This document shows positions 18,488 through 21,168 of a stretch of DNA of 21,168 nucleotides, piece by piece (position 1 is the stretch's first letter; each line of letters opens with the position of its first letter). A program made the position numbers and the translations under genes. The stretch is from Fimbriimonadales bacterium (GTDB lineage Bacteria; Armatimonadota; Fimbriimonadia; Fimbriimonadales; JABRVX01), in the NCBI GenBank assembly GCA_045862955.1, contig BTVI01000049.1, positions 1 through 21,168 on the forward strand, given 5' to 3'. The notes beneath the pieces are model-generated. The model worked only from the letters and a program-made list of their open reading frames with translations, did not search any database and was not told the DNA's origin.

Positions 18488-18937
18488 ATGGATGAAACGA
18501 GCAGCGTCCAGTTCGCGGATTCGTACGCCGTCCCGGCTACTCGTGAGGAGCTGTGGGAGGCGCTCACGAGCCCCGACCGGATTCGCGAGTGGCACCTGTG
18601 CAACGTGGAGAAGTTCGAGGCCACTGAGGGCGGCGAGATCGAGTTCACCGCGTCCGGCCAAACGGTGATCAAGGGACGGGTCACTCGCGTGGAGCCGGGC
18701 GAGCTGCTCGAGCACACCTTCCGCTTCACCGTACATGCAGAGGAGCCGGAGACCCTCGTCACCTTCAAGATCGAGGGGCACTCGACCTGCTCCCGGCTGA
18801 CCCTCGTCCACTCGGGCTTTCCGGCGGTGAACGTCACATTTCGAGACGTTGTGGCCTGCTGGCCGCTGCTCATCTGCGGGCTTCAGGAATCCCTTCGACA
18901 GCGCCAGTACGCCAAACGCAATCGCCCTGCCGCCTAA
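18488..18937 (+). CDS. SRPBCC/AHSA1-like (START fold) domain protein
   Basis: ATREELWEALTSPDRIREW, GRVTRVEPGELLEHTF, TLVTFKIE, RLTLVHSGF, W...L..SL. Confidence 0.85.
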   Translation: MDETSSVQFADSYAVPATREELWEALTSPDRIREWHLCNVEKFEATEGGEIEFTASGQTVIKGRVTRVEPGELLEHTFRFTVHAEEPETLVTFKIEGHSTCSRLTLVHSGFPAVNVTFRDVVACWPLLICGLQESLRQRQYAKRNRPAA

Positions 18938-19084
18938 TCAGACTTCGCGGGCCTGGCCCGCATCCACCCCTGCACCCCTCGTCGAGTGCCTTTGACCCGC
19001 GAACACCGACTTCCACCTATGGATCGAATGAGACGAACCCGAGGAAAGGACTTCGCCGGGGTGACCCCCCGCCTGAGTCGAGCC

Positions 19085-19320
19085 CTATCGCAGCTGCACC
19101 ACGCGCTCGTTCTCGCGCAGGTATGTCTTGCGGTGCAGGTCATAGATGGTGGCCACCAGATGCCGCTGCTCGTCTGTGCTGAACTCGATACGTACGTGCG
19201 CCTACGCGCGGGATCTGGCTGGGGAGAACGCCAAAGGCCGGGTGGTCGTGTCGGTACAGAGCCTCACGTTCGACGTGCAGCTTCCGTAGTCCGGGAGCCT
19301 GCTGATCTGCTCGCGAAGGC
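19085..19320 (-). pseudogene. Probable remnant of a gene 3' end, resembling the C-terminus of Hsp70/DnaK-like proteins
   Basis: One frame reads ...RPLAFSPARSRA*AHVRIEFSTDEQRHLVATIYDLHRKTYLRENERVVQLR*, with an in-frame TAG at 19202-19204. Family resemblance is from memory; 5' boundary is approximate. Confidence 0.4.
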
Positions 19321-19422
19321 CCCGCCCGCTCCCCGGGCCGGAGACGCTAGCGTGAGACCAGGCACGGGCGTGGCCGCAAGCCTTACCCTCATGCGGAGTC
19401 ACAGGAATCTCTTGGTGAGGAC

Positions 19423-19451
19423 TTGACATCTTACAGCGGATGCCGTATCTT
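19423..19451 (+). promoter_or_regulatory. Putative sigma70 promoter of the Cys-rich/prepilin cassette array
   Basis: TTGACA (19423-19428), 17 bp, TATCTT (19446-19451). Confidence 0.65.
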
Positions 19452-19506
19452 TTAACTGGGCATGCTCTGCAGACGCAGAGGATGCCCCGGAAGAGGTGTA
19501 GGCGAG

Positions 19507-20217
19507 ATGAACAAACTCACAAACTGGGCGTGCTGGGGAGGGATAGTACTTTCCCTTTCCCTACTAGCTGCTAGGATCGCATCTGCCGGAGGGTTGCGCA
19601 TCTGCGACTGCTCGGGCGCTGTTCTCGTCGGAGCGACACTCATGGCGTTCATGCCTCCAATCGCGGGCATCGGCTACTTCATCATCCAGCTACTCGGCAG
19701 CTGGAAGCGCGGAAGATGGCAGGGTTTCTCACGCCTATCTACGTTCTGCGCGCTGCCTGTCGCGGTGGCGGCCCTGAACTCCATGGCCGTCAGTGGCCTT
19801 ATCTGCCCCTTGTGCCTCGGCGTCTGGGTGTGCTTCGGTGTCGTAGCCGTAGCGACGCTTCGGCACGGCTTGCGACTATCATCCCCCTCCTCGGCCATGC
19901 GGAGCCTCGTAGCTACGGCAGTGTTGCTATTAGTAGGCATCGGAATTGCGCAGAACCCACCTCCGCCACCTCGAAACACCAACTGCACGAACGAGAATTG
20001 CTGCAAAGTGGGGTGCTTCCGGAGTAGCGACGGGTGGTGGCGAGCCTATCGGGTTAACGGCTACGATAAATACAAGCGCGCCGATGGACCCGGGGTGGTC
20101 AGTAAAGCCTGTCCGTGGATTGCATACGATAACCGTCTTTGCAGGGGAGAACACGCCTTCGACGGCAGCGACCCCGCGAAGTGCTGTGACTGGCGGATCG
20201 CTCCGAACGAGCGCTAG
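19507..20217 (+). CDS. Hypothetical protein: about 4-TM Cys-containing N-terminal part (CDC, CPLC) joined to a signal-peptide-like segment and an 8-Cys C-terminal domain
   Basis: ORF track 19462..20217; ATG at 19507 lies downstream of the promoter; internal ATG at 19897 begins MRSLVATAVLLLVGIGIA|QNPPPPP. Confidence 0.65.
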   Translation: MNKLTNWACWGGIVLSLSLLAARIASAGGLRICDCSGAVLVGATLMAFMPPIAGIGYFIIQLLGSWKRGRWQGFSRLSTFCALPVAVAALNSMAVSGLICPLCLGVWVCFGVVAVATLRHGLRLSSPSSAMRSLVATAVLLLVGIGIAQNPPPPPRNTNCTNENCCKVGCFRSSDGWWRAYRVNGYDKYKRADGPGVVSKACPWIAYDNRLCRGEHAFDGSDPAKCCDWRIAPNER

Positions 20218-20299
20218 ACAAGGCGGTTCGCGATGCGGAGAGAAGGCATTACGCTTATCGAGCTCTTAGTGGTTATCGTGATTCTGCTCGCGCTGATTG
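20178..20299 (+). repeat. Direct repeat copy 1 (junction of Cys-rich gene end and prepilin gene start)
   Basis: Matches 21047-21168 with one mismatch in 122 bp (20238 G vs 21107 A, synonymous Arg). Confidence 0.95.
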
Positions 20300-20913
20300 C
20301 GGTGGCGTTGCCCGTCACGCATCTGGTCCGCTCTCGCAGTCTGCTTTCCGGCTGCGCGAGCAACCTCAGCCAAATCGGCAAAGCGGTGCTGATGTATGCC
20401 GACGACTACCAAGGCTGGCTGCCGTGCTACATGGTTACGGGCAGCCGCGGCTACATCATCCTGCGTGACGGTTCTAGGGTGCCTCGCAACTACGACGGCA
20501 AGCCGAAAGAGTGGCGCGATTCGCTTGCGAAGTACACGAAGTCCAACGAGGTGTTCTGGTGCCCGGCGGACCGCTTTCGCGGCCAGCTGGCCCAATTGGA
20601 TTTCGACGCTTACCCGGAGGATGCACGAAGACAGCTCTACACGAGCTACATTATCGCAGGCATGCTTTATCTAGGCAAGCCGCATCGTGTAGACCCTGAT
20701 GGCAACCTCAGGGTACGTCTTTCGGCCTTACCACTCGGCCCGTCCAGGACAATCTATCTTCTGGACCCCTTCTGGTTTCCTGGCCCCATAATAAACGGGG
20801 CTCACTATTCCCTGACCCACCACGGCATGGTGGGCAATGTCCAACTTTTAGATGGCAGCGTCCGGAAGATTAGAATTGACGACGACTTCTCATGGGCTAA
20901 GGAGCCGCGATGA
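20233..20913 (+). CDS. Prepilin-type N-terminal cleavage/methylation protein, DUF1559-like, with H-X9-DG motif
   Basis: MRREG|ITLIELLVVIVIL (class III signal, E5), CASNLSQIGKAVLMYADDY, VFWCPAD, SY, HGMVGNVQLLDGSVR. Confidence 0.9.
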   Translation: MRREGITLIELLVVIVILLALIAVALPVTHLVRSRSLLSGCASNLSQIGKAVLMYADDYQGWLPCYMVTGSRGYIILRDGSRVPRNYDGKPKEWRDSLAKYTKSNEVFWCPADRFRGQLAQLDFDAYPEDARRQLYTSYIIAGMLYLGKPHRVDPDGNLRVRLSALPLGPSRTIYLLDPFWFPGPIINGAHYSLTHHGMVGNVQLLDGSVRKIRIDDDFSWAKEPR

Positions 20914-21086
20914 CGGTGCTCGCCATAGCAACCGTAGCCGGGTCATCCACGTTGGCTAGCAGCCGCTGCTCGCGGGCCCTGGCGCTGGTGGAGAACGACA
21001 ACCCGAGGTGCAGCAGAGAACGCATCTACGAGTTCAGCGAGACCCGGAAGTGCTGTGACTGGCGGATCGCTCCGAACGAGCGCTAG
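20910..21086 (+). CDS. 58-aa Cys-rich small protein (absent from the ORF track), paralog of the C-terminus of 19507..20217
   Basis: MTVLAIATVAGSSTLASSRCSRALALVENDNPRCSRERIYEFSETRKCCDWRIAPNER*; AAGGAG at 20899-20904 and ATGA overlap with the pilin stop. Confidence 0.65.
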   Translation: MTVLAIATVAGSSTLASSRCSRALALVENDNPRCSRERIYEFSETRKCCDWRIAPNER

Positions 21087-21168
21087 ACAAGGCGGTTCGC
21101 GATGCGAAGAGAAGGCATTACGCTTATCGAGCTCTTAGTGGTTATCGTGATTCTGCTCGCGCTGATTG
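21047..21168 (+). repeat. Direct repeat copy 2 (runs to the window edge)
   Basis: 869 bp downstream of copy 1; 121/122 identical. Confidence 0.95.
21102..21168 (+). CDS. Second prepilin-type gene, 5' fragment (truncated by the window edge)
   Basis: MRREGITLIELLVVIVILLALI, identical in protein to the start of 20233. Confidence 0.85.
   Translation, partial: MRREGITLIELLVVIVILLALI

Noticed and set aside
18430..18891. 13-bp direct repeat GGCTTCAGGAATC at 18430 and 18879 around most of the SRPBCC gene (possible target-site duplication)
   Set aside because: The second copy lies inside the CDS, there is no mobile-element gene, and chance occurrence cannot be excluded.
18938..19084. Possible ncRNA or riboswitch in the intergenic stretch with small hairpins
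   Set aside because: Only short GC stems and no recognisable family motif; an Rfam/Infernal search would be needed.
19202..19204. Programmed amber readthrough (pyrrolysine or recoding)
   Set aside because: TAG is used as a normal stop elsewhere in the window (6487, 10824, 20217), and the upstream frame lacks a convincing start; decay is the simpler explanation.
20125..21168. Diversity-generating retroelement TR/VR pair
   Set aside because: No reverse transcriptase in the window, and differences between the copies are not confined to adenines.

Overview
GC-rich bacterial chromosomal window. The gene repertoire (DUF1559-type pseudopilins, URO-D family, copper-amine-oxidase-N 'stalk' protein, split NAD synthetase) is suggestive of Armatimonadota, but this is inference only. 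Plus strand, left to right: 3' part of a polysaccharide deacetylase carrying a repeat/REP-rich insert, yjbQ, an amidase-GerMN-rph-rdgB operon, a secreted Ig/stalk-domain protein, a small membrane protein, a GH65-like hydrolase and an ABC-2 exporter pair. These are followed by an ~850 bp cluster of CGTC-tagged palindromic (REP-like) repeats and a URO-D family gene. Minus strand: nitrilase-fold glutaminase + nadE (split Gln-dependent NAD synthetase), a secreted TPR/HEXXH protein and an aldo/keto reductase. At the right end are an SRPBCC gene, a probable Hsp70-like gene remnant and a promoter-led tandem cassette array. In that array, a Cys-rich peptide gene ending KCCDWRIAPNER followed by a prepilin/H-X9-DG gene recurs at an 869 bp period. 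A near-identical >=122 bp junction is shared while the flanking sequence diverges. This array is the most unusual feature of the window.
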